A stretch of DNA of 64,000 nt from an uncultured Actinomycetes bacterium (GTDB lineage Bacteria > Actinomycetota > Acidimicrobiia > IMCC26256 > PALSA-555): positions 200,570 to 264,569 of the forward strand of contig CAVSWH010000001.1 of the NCBI GenBank assembly GCA_963731625.1, in the 5' to 3' direction. Positions 62,808 to 64,000 of this stretch are shown in pieces. A model generated the notes under the pieces. That model worked only from the letters and a program-made list of their open reading frames with translations, did no database searches and had not been told where the DNA came from. A program made the translations under genes and the position numbers. Every line of letters begins with the position of its first letter. Positions within the stretch are counted from its first letter, which is position 1.

Positions 62808-62838
62808 CCGATTGGGTGACAGCCGCTCACCCCATCGG
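62808..62838. promoter_or_regulatory. 12-bp inverted repeat (1 mismatch) abutting the LuxR-family start codon
   Basis: CCGATTGGGTGA (62808-62819), a 7-nt spacer, then TCACCCCATCGG (62827-62838). It begins 3 nt upstream of GTG 62805. Confidence 0.4.
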
Positions 62839-63060
62839 TCCGCATACTGCGAACGCTGCGGTTCAAGGCATCGCGGGAGAGCGTAGTCCCAGTCACAGAA
62901 TTCGGACCTCGGGAGTGCCGACCGAGAGTGACCAGGCGCGGGCACCGCGATCGCTCAGTTCCTCGTCTCCTCTACCACGGGAGCGGCGAAGCCCTCGCGG
63001 CCCCGACGATGTCAGCAAGAGGGACGCTGAACCCGAACAGGGCCGACAGGTAGGTGGGTG

Positions 63061-64000
63061 ATGAGCACCTCGGCGAGCAAGGCTGGGGCGGCGCTGGTCG
63101 CCTTGGCGACGGCGCAGTTCCTTATGGTGCTCGATCAGTCCGTGATGAATGTCTCGATCAGCCAGCTGGTCAAGGACTTCCACACCACGGTGACCACGAT
63201 CCAGGCCGTCATCACCCTCTACTGCCTGGTGATGGCCATGCTGATCCTCACCGGAGCCAAGATTGGCGACATCATCGGCCGCCGACGGGCGTTCGTCATC
63301 GGCTTGATCATCTACGCCTGCGGCTCGGCGTTGACCGCGGCGTCCCAGACGGTGCCCGTCCTCGCTCTTGGATGGTCGGTGCTCGAAGGCGTCGGGGCCG
63401 CGCTCGTCTTCCCCGCGCTCGCGGCGTTGATTGCCGGCAACTTTGAAGGAACCCGACGCAAGGCGGCCTACGCGGTGATCGGTGGCGTCGCGGGTGCGGG
63501 GATCGCGGTCGGTCCCATCGTGGGCGGCTGGGCGACGACCGCGCTCACGTGGCGGGTCGTGTTCGTCGGCGAGGTCTTCATCGCTGGCTTCATCCTGTTC
63601 ATGACCCGCAGGGTGGAAGACGCCCCCGGTCCCACTCCCACGCCGAAGCTCGACGTCGTTGGCTCGGTGCTCTCGGCCGCCGGTCTAGGACTGTTCGTGT
63701 TCGGCGTGCTCGAATCGAGTACCTGGGGATGGGTCAAACCCAAGAACTCGCCCATCACGATCTTCGGCTTCTCACTCACCCTCTTCGTCATCGCCGCCGG
63801 TTGCGTTGTGCTCTGGGGGTTTGTGAGATGGCAGGGCCACCGCGAGGCGACGAAGCGCGACCCACTCGTCCACCTCTCGCTGGCCCGGATCCCACCGGTC
63901 CGGTCCGGAGTCATTGGGCTCTTCAGCCAGAACCTGATCCTGATGGGCACCTTCTTCGTCGTCCCGCTCTATCTCCAACTGGTGCTCGGACTCGATGCCC
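63061..64000 (+). CDS. MFS transporter, DHA2 (EmrB/QacA-like). The 3' end lies outside the window.
   Basis: This gene is not in the ORF track because no stop occurs in the window. My own translation from ATG 63061 is MSTSASKAGAALVALATAQFLMVLDQSVMNVSISQLVKDF...GAKIGDIIGRRRAF...LEGVGAALVFPA..., open to base 64000. Confidence 0.85.
   Translation, partial: MSTSASKAGAALVALATAQFLMVLDQSVMNVSISQLVKDFHTTVTTIQAVITLYCLVMAMLILTGAKIGDIIGRRRAFVIGLIIYACGSALTAASQTVPVLALGWSVLEGVGAALVFPALAALIAGNFEGTRRKAAYAVIGGVAGAGIAVGPIVGGWATTALTWRVVFVGEVFIAGFILFMTRRVEDAPGPTPTPKLDVVGSVLSAAGLGLFVFGVLESSTWGWVKPKNSPITIFGFSLTLFVIAAGCVVLWGFVRWQGHREATKRDPLVHLSLARIPPVRSGVIGLFSQNLILMGTFFVVPLYLQLVLGLDA

Overview
High-GC, actinobacterial-style chromosomal DNA with about 55 supported protein-coding genes. 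No database search or computation was possible. All family names come from motifs read in the ORF-track translations, and start codons were re-chosen by eye. Layout: (i) 1-11.1 kb holds cell-envelope glycan genes: an AftD-like fragment entering from the left edge, a GT2, an acyltransferase-3/SGNH protein, a GMC oxidoreductase with a coupled small partner, two NAD-epimerases and an orphan double-FtsX permease. (ii) 13.0-15.8 kb is a cysD-cysN-cysC sulfate-activation operon. (iii) 16.1-41.8 kb is a large lipid/steroid-type catabolic block: acyl-CoA ligase, Rieske oxygenase, three P450s, ACAD, ALDH, SDRs, AKR, two amidohydrolase-2 genes, BVMO, epoxide hydrolase and a duplicated TetR. AI-2E and MMPL transporter genes interrupt it. 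Three of its genes carry four single-base frame disruptions, and a shared 12-nt motif sits in its divergent promoter gaps. (iv) 42-52 kb holds an arylsulfatase, small membrane stress proteins, a DAG-kinase-like protein, PPK2, an MFS pump, a TauD-type dioxygenase and a quinone oxidoreductase. (v) About 52-60 kb is a visibly more AT-rich accessory patch with gene remnants and a hipBA toxin-antitoxin module. (vi) A LAL/LuxR regulator and a second MFS gene run off the right edge. I saw no rRNA, no intact tRNA, no CRISPR array and no integrase or transposase ORF. The most unusual signal is 2.5 tandem ~92-93-bp units directly downstream of hipA. Two of them end in a textbook tRNA T-arm/acceptor/CCA module, preceded by a conserved GC helix that encloses a hairpin whose sequence differs between copies but still pairs. 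About 3.2 kb away, in inverted orientation, lies a decayed tRNA-Gly(GCC) 3' fragment next to arm-like direct repeats. This could be a new tRNA-mimic RNA linked to a HipA kinase, or stacked att scars of decayed integrative elements. The sequence alone cannot decide between these.
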